From contig NC_058368.1 of assembly GCF_018350175.1 (NCBI RefSeq), positions 18,664,001-18,728,000 on the forward strand: a stretch of 64,000 bases of DNA, written 5' to 3'. Positions 36,400-48,787 of the stretch are shown here, piece after piece. The number at the start of each line of letters is the position of its first letter. The first letter of the stretch is position 1. The notes below the pieces were generated by a model. That model saw only the letters and a program-made list of their open reading frames with translations. It had not been told where the DNA came from and made no database searches. The position numbers were made by a program, and so were the translations under genes. The stretch is from Felis catus. Lineage: Eukaryota.

Positions 36400-36780
36400 C
36401 CATATCAGAATTGCAGAATGGGGTATGATCATTCGCACTAACGGCCATCTGAGGTGTATCTTTTAAACCTTTGCAACCATGAGAAAAATCTTCCCTATAG
36501 ACGACTAAGATGTATTTCTCCTTGGTTTCCGCCGCAGTCCCAGACCTTGCCTGTAGGGCCCCACCAAAAGAATCTAATTCCTCTTCCCCGTGACAGCTCT
36601 TCAGAATCACACCTTCCCCCGAATCCCTTCGTCAGCCCCGGGGCTTCAGTTCCTCCATGAGTTCCTGATGTAACGTGGTTTCACATCCCCTGCCTGCCCT
36701 GGCCGCCATCCTCTGAATGTATTTATTCTGCCTTGTCTCCAGTGCTTTTCAAGGGTGGCCCACAGATCTGAATTCAGTCC
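36400..36780 (-). mobile_element. L3/CR1 ORF2 C-terminal relic
   Basis: Minus ORF 36392-36610 LKSCHGEEELDSFGGALQARSG resembles CR1 LKGCHxEEGxDLF...GRTR. Confidence 0.65.
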
Positions 36781-37688
36781 TCTGGGCATGGCCCCACCAG
36801 TGCCTCCATCGCCCCCTCCATTCTCGCTGCATCCTAAAAGCCACCGGGGCTCTTGCGGCCCCGTCACACCACTGATGTGGCAACTATGCTGTTGGCACAC
36901 GGGCCCGGACCTGAGGCTTGTAAGTTGGGGCATTCTCCACTGCACCACACAGTCCTGAGGCCCCCCATGGCACCGTCTTAATGGGGAAGGATGATGGGAG
37001 CCATCGCGGCTGGTACGTGGCCCCAGAATGAGACAGGGACATTCAGCTTGAGGCTCTCTCCTTTCCTTGGCCTCAGTGAGCGTGGTTAGACATCCTCTAA
37101 GTATAAGCAGCGTGGCTTCCAGCTGCCTGCACCACATGCAGCCGGCCCTATTGCCAGCCGTGATCCCCAGGGCACAGGGCTGCTCGGAGGAATAGAAACA
37201 GTTCTCCAGGAACTGTGTACTCGCCTTAGCCTCTCCACCCCCACCCCCATATCGCCCTCGCGAGTTGCCTGCCTGGGGACAACACACAGGTGTCTCAACC
37301 CCTCCAAGAGTCACAAACAGCCCTGGGAACAGCAGGGGGATTTGACATCGTGACATTCATCGCTTGAATAAGCAGCAAAAATTAGAGAAACTTCCAAGGG
37401 GGAATGGAATCAGTAGGAGACACATCATCCACCACTTTTGACTGACTTTCCCACAGCGTGAAAATTTCTCTTCTGCTACGAAAGAAAGTTTCCCTGGCTC
37501 TGCCCCCACTTCCCTCACTGTATTTCCCTTTAAAACACTTCATGTGGTGGATGAGACAGTCATTAAGACATTGAAATTATGAAATGCTTCATGGATACGC
37601 ATTAAACAATGGATTCTTGCAGCAAATCTTCTAGCAGTGAATTAATCCTGCTTAAGCTGGCTGTTGACTACAGATCCCTGTACATAAA

Positions 37689-37696
<8 letters not shown>

Positions 37697-37732
<36 letters not shown>
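37697..37732. repeat. (CA)18 microsatellite
   Basis: Directly visible. Confidence 0.98.
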
Positions 37733-37735
<3 letters not shown>

Positions 37736-38635
37736 CAGCTGTAAAACCACTACAAGATAGATTTTTCCCTGGAACCACACCTGTGGCCGTGAGAAGTTCC
37801 CCATTAGCAGTAACAATGCCCGGCGACAGTGATCCACCACATCCCTCATTTAGAACAAAATAACTCTTACGAGGGTCCCAGAAGGATGCAGTTCGCGCAC
37901 TATCAGAGTGAATCTCGAACTTCTCAACCATTCATTCCCCCCCCCCCCCGGCACACACACACACTAATTCTGGGTTCTGCCAGAACCCAGCCTCCCTAAT
38001 TCTCATTATTACTGTTAATATTAATAAAGATGGTGGTGCTAATGAGAAGAAAATGTGTTTCAGCACAGAGACCATCCACCCACTGCGGGACGGGCTTTAG
38101 CATTCAGATTTCATTAGCATTAATGTGGCTTCTGCCAGAAGATTTGCACATGGAGACAAGGCTCTGCTTAGACACATATTGTTTTCCTCTCATTATATGG
38201 ACATTTTCAAGAATATTCAAAATGCAACACAAATTAGGTATGTCATGAGGCTACAGAACTCACGGCTCACTGTGAAGAATGTCAAGTTGGCTGTGGATGA
38301 GGCATTTGTGGGTATGGCAGTTTCCTCTCCTGCATGGCAGAAACTTGAATTTATACACTCCCTAGGGATTTCTGCTTGGTTACACAGGCTTGGAAAGCAC
38401 CTTGCCCAGAGACCTTGGCCCGAAGGAAACCAGACAGCCGGAAGCCGTTCTCTGTTCTTCAGCCTCTGTAGACAGGAGAGGAGAGATAGGAGTCAGGAGG
38501 CCCAGTCCAGGCCTGTCTTAGAACAGCTGCAGGAACCAGGCTCTCTGAACATACAAGCCAGAAAGACCTGTCCAGGAAACTGAGGCTAGAGCTCTGTAGA
38601 GCCATGTACTCCAGAAATGAAAGCACATGACTTAC

Positions 38636-38688
38636 CGTGCAATTCTTGAAGTCCACTGAAATCGCCAGTTATTATCGCATGTTGTAGG
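38636..38688 (-). other. candidate 5'-UTR exon (first exon or 53-nt internal exon)
   Basis: Donor ACG|gtaagt; possible acceptor cttcttctctggggacag|; contains a minimal uORF ATG-CGA-TAA. Confidence 0.5.
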
Positions 38689-38704
38689 CTGTCCCCAGAG
38701 AAGA

Positions 38705-38735
38705 AGTTGAGTCAGTCAGGGCCCAGTCACGTGGT
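38705..38735. promoter_or_regulatory. AP-1 plus E-box pair upstream of the candidate exon
   Basis: TGAGTCA 38708-38714; GTCACGTG 38726-38733. Confidence 0.4.
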
Positions 38736-39968
38736 GCAGGTGTGTGTGCAACATCAGGTTCTCACCTGCCTCACTTTCTCCCTGGTGAGCTGCTGTGTTT
38801 CTCCAGGTGCGTGTGTGAGAGTGACAGAGAGACGAGGGTCAACACAGCTAATGATGGCTAGGGTTGGCTGCAGTGATCAAGCCCCAAACCATGGAACTTG
38901 GACTTGTCATTCATACTGCTTCCTGAATATCTGAGCCGGGTCATAATGTTGTGACATACATGCACATGTGCACGTGTACCGGTGCATACACACAGAGAAA
39001 CTGGCTGAGAAACAGATTTACCCTAGTTTGCCTCGGCCTTTGGGAGGACAGGGAAGCCTAAGACAGAAGTGAACTTAGGGTGCGTTCCTGGCCACCCCTG
39101 CCCATTCTCTTCCGTTTAAGGTGACCTTGTACATGCTCAGCAGGCTTGCATTCCTTTTTTATGACAAATGACATCATTCGTGCACCGTGGCAACAATAAT
39201 GTCCCGTCCTGTAGGTCTTTGGGTGTTGGCAGGTGTCTCATTGGCCAGAAATCCCACATCACTTTTGTCTCCTGGTCCTAGATTTTTGAACTACTAAGTC
39301 GATTTTGCCCCTACAATCTGGAGACCCAAGAAAGCTGGAGGGAAAAAAAGCAGGGTTGACTACAACTCCATTCTTGAGTAAACAGCCATTTACATACTAA
39401 AAAAGTAAGGCAGAATCCTACCCAGCAGCATTCTACCATGCTGTGCAATGTTGCCATTGGCCTAGATAACCTAAGTTCTTGAAAAATTCCAAATGGGCTA
39501 TACCAAATAATACAAAACACATTCCCATTATCCCAACTGATAGTTGTCTTTAGATAAAATGTGCTCTCATGTTTCTTTAACATCATTAAAATAAGAATTT
39601 AAGTTTCCATCCTTCACTACTCAAGGTTATGAGTTAGCAGAAACAGACCAGATGAACTCTATTTCGGCATCTATGTTTACAAAGTCAAATGCACATGAAA
39701 ACCAACATTAGGCAGAGTTCTGATTGGGCCTGCCTGCACTGGCAAAACAAAATCAGCATTTGAAATATCACCTGGATAATCCAGTCCTGAGACAACGAAG
39801 CTTTCTCCCTGTAAGGCTAGTTTAGTGTCAAGACAGGCCCGACAAGCAGGAAATAAATATTCAAAAAAAGATACAAATTAATTCACAATCTTTTCACTAG
39901 TGGATATTTTGCATGACATTAGCAATTTAACCACTATCTAAAAGTCAATATCTACTCAAATTTGGGTA

Positions 39969-40023
39969 GAGTCTAAAATTTGAGTGGGTGAGTCTAAAAA
40001 ATTCTTGAGTGAGTCTAAAATTT
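39969..40023 (+). repeat. 21-bp-period degenerate tandem repeat
   Basis: GAGTCTAAAA at 39969, 39990 and 40011. Confidence 0.85.
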
Positions 40024-40774
40024 GCAAATGTCAGTGCTCTGAGCTGGCTGAGTTCTTCTCAATGGAAAAAGTGGCTTCCCCACCACTCAGTTCTCCCTTC
40101 CTCAACTGGGCCACTTAACTGAGCCTTTTAGATACATAACAGTCCAAGAAAATGCCCAAAGACTTGAAAAGAGAAAGTATTTCACACCTGCTAGCCCAGG
40201 GAGAACTACTCACGCTCAAGTGTAAGTACAGGAAGAAGCCAAAAATGGCTCTTAAACAGACATCCCCTAGGGAGGGCAAGGCTATGTCTGCAGCTAGGAA
40301 TCTGACTTCCCTTAGTGTAGGTCAGTAATACTCAGATCACAGCTCTCCAGCTGCAAGCAGATCTGTTCACAGGAAAACATTTGGTGAAGCCCTCCCTTTC
40401 TCTATGAAAAATATATATTCACCTCTTCTTCCAGGGCCGGATCAAGTGACATTTTCATTCAGTGGTAATTGCAAATATGATTCCTAGCATGTTCACCTCT
40501 GAGGAACACTGAGGCGAGGCCAGAGTCAGCTACTCTTAACATGTCATAGAAATTACTTTCACTCTCACCTTCTCCCGGCCCCTTTGCAAACTGGAAGCCT
40601 TAGCTAGGTACTGACCCATCAGCCATGATGGGGTGAGGGAGAGAGGAAGGAATTTCCTAATCCTATTCTACTTGAATCATACCAGCTTCTCCAGGGAAGG
40701 AGCCCATGAAGGGGGAATATTCTCACACAAGCCCAAAATGTTTACAGGCCTCATTGCTTGTCTGAACTGACACT

Positions 40775-40902
40775 GTCTCAGCAGAGACTCAGAAAAGTTA
40801 AGTAACTTGTCAGAAGCCACCCAGCAATTAAATGCCAGAGCCATGACTCCAACCTCGTTCCATTGTACTCCAAAGTTCATGCTTTTTCCATTATGTAGCA
40901 CT
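40775..40902 (-). mobile_element. MIR
   Basis: GAGACTCAGAAAAGTTAAGTAACTTG...ACTCCAAAGTTCATGCTTTT. Confidence 0.8.
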
Positions 40903-40934
40903 GCTCAACATTTTTCTTAAGGGTTCTCAGGAAC

Positions 40935-41490
40935 CATATTAGTCAAGGTAACATCCACTGCTACAACAAACAAGCTTAAAACTATATAATGACTCAAACA
41001 GGATAGTTTGTTTAACGCACACATGAAGTCTTAAATGAATATTCCTTATGGGGGCCTCTCTCCTGGAAGTTGTGATTCAAGGTTGAATGAGGCTCCTTCC
41101 ACTTTGTGACTCTGCCATTTCAACCTACGGCTTCCGTGGTGGTCATGCTCACCTTCATCGAGAAGGTCCAAGAGGAAGCGCATAGCGGATCAACCATGAA
41201 CCAGGCCTAGAAATGGCATACAATGGGCCACCTGGTTGGCCCAGAAGAGCACGCAACTCTTGATCTCAAGGCTTTGAGTTCAAGCCCCATATTGGGCATG
41301 GAGTCCACTTAAAAAAATAAATAAATAAACATTTAAAAAAGAAAAAAGAAATGGCACACATCAATCACTTCTTCCCACACTCTTTCATCTAGAACTCAAT
41401 TACATGGCCTCTTTTGAGAGATGCAGCCTAGCTGCACACCTGAGAAAAAGAGAAAATTGGTTTGGTGAACAGCGGACTGACCTTTTTCAC
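40935..41490 (-). mobile_element. MaLR LTR (MLT1I/J-like) split by a SINE
   Basis: ATATTAGTCAAGGTAA...ACAACAAAC...GGTTTGGTGAACAGC. Confidence 0.7.
41225..41346 (+). mobile_element. short CanSINE
   Basis: tRNA-like head and A tail; TSD AGAAATGGCATACA / AGAAATGGCACACA. Confidence 0.9.
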
Positions 41491-44347
41491 AGAAGCTGAA
41501 ATATTTAATATTTGAAAAGAAAAAAATACACATCTCAACAGAAGCTTGTGGCACAAATTATTTGTGCTTTAAAATACAATATCTATTCATATAGTTATGC
41601 GCATCAACCAAAATTAAGGTTTGAAAAAAACTTCTCAGCCAGGACCTGTGATCAGTAAACATTTTAAACCTTTAAAAAGGGTTACAAATTAATTCGCAGT
41701 CTTCACATTACTGGGTATGTTTCAAGATATTTAGCAATATAACCAGCCTCTGAAAACAACTCCTGCAAAAAATGGAATCAATAATGTGAAAGGGTCGGGT
41801 TGCCATCACTATTACACCATCCATAAGAACTAGGCCTGGCCCTAAAAAGTACCTTCCTACTAAGATTGACCCTATCATTTTAACAGGAGAGATGCTCCCT
41901 GAACTCACAAAGCAAAGTGCCCTGTAAGGAAGGTAAACTCTGGTTCTTTACTGTTGTTGGCAGTAAAGTACATAAGTCACCTTGTAAGCCCCAACCATTC
42001 TTGAGCATCGATGTCTGAGATTCCATCTATATCTGCCCACATTGTTTTTACCACTGATGACTTCTCCCAAGAGACCCTTTGCAGCAGCAAGACAAAGAAG
42101 GTCTTACAATGACAGTGACAGTGCTCTAAACACTTTTCTCAGTGCAAGAGTTGGGCAGTAACCACGGGGGATGAAACCACATCTCCTCCATGCCTGTTCA
42201 TGGACTCTGTTCCAAATGTCCAGGTGCATATGGCAATATTTGGAAACTGAAGCTTTGAGCACCCTGAAGAATGAATTAAACATCTATGTTCTCAAATAAA
42301 CTTTGGGTATATAAAAGTGATATGCCTGAGACAGGAAAACATAGACACTCTTTGTCTGGTTTGTTAGATGTGGTCGTTCAATTAAATGCCTCTGCTACTC
42401 CGTTCGCAGCCCTTGCTCTGTCCCCACCCCTATTTTAGCTTTCTTCTTGGCCTTCTGAAGAAAATCAGAAGGGTGGGAACCAGAGTGCAACACAGAGTCT
42501 GGCAAATGCCAAGAGCTCATTTCAACTCCTCCAATATGTATGAAGCGTCATTATACACAGGCAACCATACACAGTATCGGGGTTACGATATGGTCCCATT
42601 TTGAAAGAGGTCCCACTCTTTCAGAGTAAACAAAGGTGCATATTCTTTTGCACGTAGTAGAAACTCTGAGACTATTTGTTGCATAACTGAGTGAAAGATC
42701 AGACCCTATAGTCATACTGTATGTCAAGGAAAGACCCCAAGCTTTTTCTAAAACTGAAGAACATATCAATTTTGGTGAATTATTGACCCCTGTTCCCTTC
42801 AATACAGTAGGTAAATGGCACAATTTTCACTGATAACGGTGGGTTAGAATGATATTAGCAGAATTTCTCCATAAGAAAATTTCATAAAAGGATCATCAAA
42901 AGTGATCATTGAAACAGGAAAAATTTTTAAATATTCTCAACGTTCAGCCTTCCCTGGTTTGTCCTTTTAAAGAATAAGCACACATACACACCCCTGAGTT
43001 ATAAGAAGTACCACTTTAATGCAAGCCTACGAAAACTACAGACTGGTTTTTAGGTTACTATTGAGAGCCAATAAAAGTATTATTGTCAAGTCAAAATTCA
43101 TTTCAAATCTCACCAAAGATTCTGATCCCTTCTATAATAGAGATAAATTGTCATACACCCCACGGAGTCCATTTCTCTTCAACTACATTCTGCTATAAAA
43201 TTAAACTGGGAAAAATGATAGCACGTCAGACACCAAAGAGCCTGTGACACATGAAAAGTGGTGTGGCCCAGAACAAAGGACAAACACATATGGTAGCTGG
43301 TTGGATCATCCTGTTGAGTGTACCTCTCATCGTCATCACAGTCTCTCTGAAGCCAAACACTGCACCCAGTAATTCCCCGTAACCACTATGTCCCTCCATA
43401 GAGCAAGAAACTGCCTGAGCCAGACAGAGGTGCCCATTTTAAGTAGAAGAGATTTTACCCTGCATGGTATTTTATTCAAGATGCATGCCGATTTATTTAG
43501 AGATCCTTTCTTAGAGTTCATGGTCTAAATCTTCATGCGTGCTCGTGTGTGTGCGTGTGTGTGCATGCACACACATGCGGTCATGCCGACGTGTATGGGT
43601 GTGACAGCTCTTTATAATTTCGGGGTTCCTCCCCAATTGCACAAATGCATACTTCAGATGACTTTGGTAACTTCATTTTCATACCCTGAAATGCAAGTAC
43701 ACCAAACCTCAGTTCAATACCCTTCACCCACTTAAAAGTCCATCCACCCTCCAAAGGACATCCACGCCTAAGTCCTCCACCCTCCAAATTTATGTGCCTT
43801 CTGTTCCTATTTCCTTTTTTTTTTTTAAGTATAGAGGTTTATTAAAGAAGCTGCAAACATCTTTGTTCTTTTGATGGCATTATTACTGGCTCTCCATTCC
43901 TGCCTAATGAAGAGGAGAGGTAACATCTTCTCTTGCTCTCTCTCTTGTCCTCTGTCTTCTGTTACAAAATATTTAGAGACGACTAGCCTGCAATAGGGTT
44001 ACAATGCTAAACATCTGGCTGCACTTAAATCCATACTTTAGTCTTTTGTCATTCTATCAAGCATTGAGTTGGACTAGAATTACCTCTGCCCCCAAGTTCT
44101 CTTCAGCCAGTTGACAACGGCTGCCTGACTCTCGCTATTATTGATTTAAACCCAGAAGACAGCCAGGCTGTTCCTGTTCAGCACCTCCTGGTTCCAGAAC
44201 AGTGGAAGCAAGCACACATTTTCCAAGTTAAGCTTAGAAAACCACTTTCACTTTCAGAAGGGAAGCCAGATCCTTCTACTGCATGGAGAAGACCACAGGC
44301 AATTGAGTACTTAATAAATGTCTTTGATAAGGATTTTGAAGATTCTT

Positions 44348-44573
44348 TTTTTTTTTATTTTTTTTTCAACTTTTTTTTATTTATTTTTGGGACAGAGAGA
44401 GACAGAGCATGAACGGGGGAGGGGCAGAGAGAGAGGGAGACACAGAATCGGAAACAGGCTCCAGGCTCCGAGCCATCAGCCCAGAGCCTGATGCGGGGCT
44501 CGAACTCACGGACCGCGAGATCGTGACCTGGCTGAAGTCGAACGCTTAACCGACTGCGCCACCCAGGTGCCCC
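44348..44573 (-). mobile_element. CanSINE, young feline subfamily
   Basis: Perfect 18-bp TSD AGGATTTTGAAGATTCTT (44330-44347 and 44574-44591); same diagnostic sites as the 3082 copy. Confidence 0.98.
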
Positions 44574-44734
44574 AGGATTTTGAAGATTCTTAAACAGAAG
44601 GAAAGAGGGGACAAATGAAAGAGATTGAGAGAAGAAATGGTCCTGCAGTCAGAATGATAGAAATGCACAAAGACTCTCATGGCCATTTCTGCGAAAATGT
44701 TAACCCCGAACTTTTATGAGAGACATTCTCTGCA

Positions 44735-44910
44735 CCACACGCAGTGCTAAGTCATTGATGTGGATTAGTGATTCAACTAATCAGTGACTCAACGACCCAG
44801 GTATTACCATTAATCTAATCCTACTTTACAAAGGAGGAAATAGGCATGATAAGGTTCAGTAACTAGCCTAACATTGAGCTCAAAGGTGTGTTAAATTCCA
44901 GAGCCTTCGT
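44735..44910 (-). mobile_element. MIR
   Basis: CTACTTTACAAAGGAGGAAATAGGC...GGTTCAGTAACTAGCC. Confidence 0.65.
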
Positions 44911-45689
44911 GCATACCCACTTGATGTCGGTTACATGGGGCCTGGAGCTTCATAAGGCATCAAAAATGCCTGTTTCCTCTCCGACCCTCCCTCCTCCTAG
45001 CCCTTTCTTGTTCTTCGCTCCCAACAAACTTGTCCCTTGGGGCCCAGATTCCGAGTGCTCCACCACTTCTACTGCCGCCTTTCCTTGCCCATCCTGAGCT
45101 CTGTTAGCCACTCAACCACATCCTGAGCTCCTTCCAGTCCTGATGTCTTCCTTAGAAATCTAGCTCTCTAGGACGGTTCGCTAAGGTTCAAGCCATCCTG
45201 AGGGTGCAGGGGAGAAGGTGAGAGGCCACGTGCCAGCTGGCCAGGAACTAGAGGGACATGGCTACAGCAGCTAGCAGGGGCTAAGTCCCTCAGATCTAGG
45301 CAGTTCCACAAACTCAGCTGCACTGAAACTGGGGCCGCAATGCACCCTGCCATAGTGCAAATTTGGAACCGTGATTGGCAGTTGGCTTGCAGACCCCTGG
45401 GCACTGACCAGTTTCCCACGTAGGCTCATCCTTGTCATATGTGCCTTCTAGCCCACACTCCACTTTACGTGCTAAAGTCTTTTGGATGCTTCTCCTAGTG
45501 CTATTGCAGCATTATAATAGATCACCGCCATCAAGGGAACACGGGTGAAACCCATTTACACAAGCACATGCACACACATGCAGGCGTGCCCACGGACACA
45601 TACGCATCTGCATGGCCACTGCCCCTCTTTTCCTCCCTCATGTTTTTATTATAATGTTTATCGTAATTTGATTCTATCTCCATAGAAAC

Positions 45690-45905
45690 AATACTATGAT
45701 CATTTTAATGTGTATCATGTATTAAGCATCGCCTCGTGTAAGGCAATTTCTATGCAATCATCTCATTGGATCTTCACAGCCACCTATGAGAAGAGAATCA
45801 TCACTCACATTTTAAAGACACTGAATATTAAAGCTTACAGAGGCTCAGAGACTTGCCCTGGGACATTTGGTGAGTTACAAGTGACGGGTAGACATGAGTT
45901 TCAGA
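45690..45905 (-). mobile_element. MIR
   Basis: ATCTCATTGGATCTTCACAGCCACCTATGAG...GACTTGCCC. Confidence 0.7.
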
Positions 45906-46039
45906 CCACCTTCCCTAAGACGCTAGTAATCTCTACACATGTGTAGAGGGACCTGCACCCCATGACCTTCAGAGAAGGCCAGAGAAACAGTACTAAAGGG
46001 TAATACTTTAGAGAAAAATTGCTTTTCCTAATAGTTCTT

Positions 46040-46217
46040 TTAAAAATATACGTACTTATTTATTTTGAGAGAGAGAGAGAGTGTGTGTTTGCGTAAGCGG
46101 TGCATGAACAGAGAAAGAGGGAGACAGAATCCCAAGCCTGATCTCAGGAATTGTGGGATCCTGGCCTGAGCCAAAATCAAGAGTCGTATGCTTAAGCTAC
46201 TGGCCTCGAGGCACCTC
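46040..46217 (-). mobile_element. CanSINE (diverged)
   Basis: TTATTTATTTTGAGAGAG...CTGAGCCAAAATCAAGAGTC; flanks CCTAATAGTT / CCTGATAGTT. Confidence 0.9.
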
Positions 46218-48748
46218 CTGATAGTTTCTTTTTATTGGTGTTTTCCAATTTTCCGTGGAGAAATATAAAGGAGGCAATTGACCACCTCTGACTGTTTACC
46301 TGCCATCATTTCCCCTCTTGTTCCTCAGAGACTATGTTAGCTCCTAAAACAGCTTACAAGGCACAGACACAGGTCAGACCCAAACGCCAAGGGAAGGAAA
46401 AGGCTCTAGATAAGAAAAAGGAAGTAGGAGGAGAAAACATGCCTGTTTTATTGTAGTGGGGAATCACTCGAGTTAACCTTGTGCTTTTCCGAAGGAGCGT
46501 TTCGATAATCTTAGAGGGGCTAGAGCAAGAGCGTTTCCATTAGTGGTCTCCATTAATTTCCAAGGGCCTCCTTCTGAGGGGTTGGGAAAATCAGCTGTTT
46601 GTGAGCTTCTATCACTGCCACATTTCCTTGCATTCAGAGGGAATGAAAGTCTAAAAAGCACTCCTGTCTCTCATGTAAACAGTTCCACACCCAGCCACAG
46701 CATTCAAGAAAGGTGGGATATGTTAACATCTCTAGAGAACTCCATGAACACAATCCGTCCAACTCTGAGATGTGACAGGATCTATACAAAAAGAGTAAAA
46801 AGAAATCACCCTCTGAAATGCCTAAAAACACGAACCAAAGGGTGTTCTAGGAAAAAGGGTTCCTGCTAGGGACTACCTGCAGGAAATCACAAGGTAGGTG
46901 ACTCACGTGAAAGGGATTAACCTTTGGTATTTAGATTGAAGTCCCAGATGGCGCTGGCCATTGGCCATTCTTACCATCTAGTGCTCAGAGGGTGCCAGCC
47001 GTACGGGCTCTGGAGGTCAGGTTGGGGCAGGACGGAGGTGGCAGCCTGCCTGGCCTTACCAAGGGGTTGGCAAGCTATTTGATACGGGAATCGGAGGTTC
47101 CCTTTTGAGTCTCCTGAGCCCCAGGCCCACATAAGTATCCTCTGTTGACAAAGGGTCCTAACCGTTGAATACATACCACCGTGTTTTCTCCACTGCAGCT
47201 AAAGGCGTTAACACAGACTAAAGGCATTTTTCAAAACTAGCATGGTTTCATGGCTTCTCTTCCAGTATTCCTCGGGTTTAATCAGGAAAACATGTGGTCA
47301 TAACTGTTCACAGACAGACCCCTTTTTGACATGATTGCCCATTTCATCAGTTTGATACTACAGGCATTTCTGGATTCAAATTAAGTAAATAGATAATAGA
47401 GGCTGACCATGGAGAATCATATCAACTGATGCTTTAGACAGATTTGACCCTGTTGTGCATATGCAAACACGGACACAGAGTCTTTTCTAAACCTGTCTTC
47501 GTTTGGTGCTACCTATAAAGAAAAACATTATCCCACGTGACAATACTCGCTTGTAAAAAAAACTTCCCATCACTTTCATCAAATAGGTACTGAAGCAAAG
47601 TCGCAAATAACTGTATCAGCAAAACCCTACGTTGATCTCAAAGAAGATTCTACGTAAGGGCAGGTCTAGGTGCATCTCAAATACAGTGTGTAATTATTGA
47701 CTCCCCGACACGTGCTCAGGGTTATTATTATTTTTTTTTTATCAGGCTCAATGAGATTTCTCGTGCACTTTCACTTCTGGCAGTAAGTCTGGAATTTACT
47801 TCAGCTGATCGAAAGAATTTGCGAACAAGCATTTTATGTCAACTGTCACCACCCTCCAGCAACTGGCTGGGGCTGAAAGGTGTCTTCAACTGGGTGGCCG
47901 GGGGAGGCAGGTCCGTGAGACCCCCCCAGGTGTCTCATCACTCAGCACGGCCACTTCATGAGAGTAACGAGACCAGCCCTGGCCACTTGACCATGGGCAG
48001 CATGGCAGGATTACCCCAACCGCCTCTCCGAAAACTCCGATAAGCACTGACAAACTGAATAAGGATGTGTGGCGAATGCCATTCTATCAGCACCCCCACT
48101 TGGCTCAAAAGCCGCAGGGGTGAGAATCTTTTGGTATAACTCATGCCGCGGTAAGAGTGAAACCTTCAAACAGCAAAGCCCTGATTGAGAGGCGTTGGTT
48201 TTTTCTGTTGTTGTTGTTTTTGTTTAAAAGAGGCAGTTTACAACTCCGGCTGCTACAGTCAGGGGACCAGTTAACAATGCGGAAGAGAAAAGAACCCTAG
48301 AAAAGAAAGCAGGATACAGATGACAACGACTTAGAGGAGAGGATCGTGAGCAATTGTAAAACACCTTCCAGTCATTTTCGGCTCAGAGGATGTCTTTTCC
48401 TACAGCATAAGACAAGGAGGCCTAGAAATTCCCTCTCATTACAGCGCCACAGGCATGGGCCGGATATTTTACAGAGTCCATATAAAATGAAATTTGATCT
48501 TCTGGCTTCCGCGTTTGCGCCAACGATCGCAGTAGTAAATGGGAACAGAAGTGGCTAGAGCTACAGAAAAATGATGAAGCTTGGTCAGGGCAGGAAAACG
48601 AAGGTTAAATTCTGAATAACCACAGGCAGAGGGCAGAAACAAGTATATATCGGCTCTAAAATAAAGAGGTGAACTGTGATTAGCCATAAGTGACCATGGA
48701 TCAGTGGGTGACAGAAGGGGTCAAGGTACATCTGATAAGCCACCTTAC

Positions 48749-48751
<3 letters not shown>

Positions 48752-48786
<35 letters not shown>
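48752..48786. repeat. (GT)17 microsatellite
   Basis: Directly visible. Confidence 0.98.

Positions 48787-48787
<1 letters not shown>

Noticed and set aside
36646..37356. 236-aa minus-strand ORF
   Set aside because: GC-rich sequence with few stops, partly overlapping the L3 relic; no recognisable protein or exon structure
41690..41775. Minus acceptor ccattttttgcag followed by ELFSEAGYIAKYLETYP
   Set aside because: Only a weak donor (CCA|gtaatg) and no homology that I recognise
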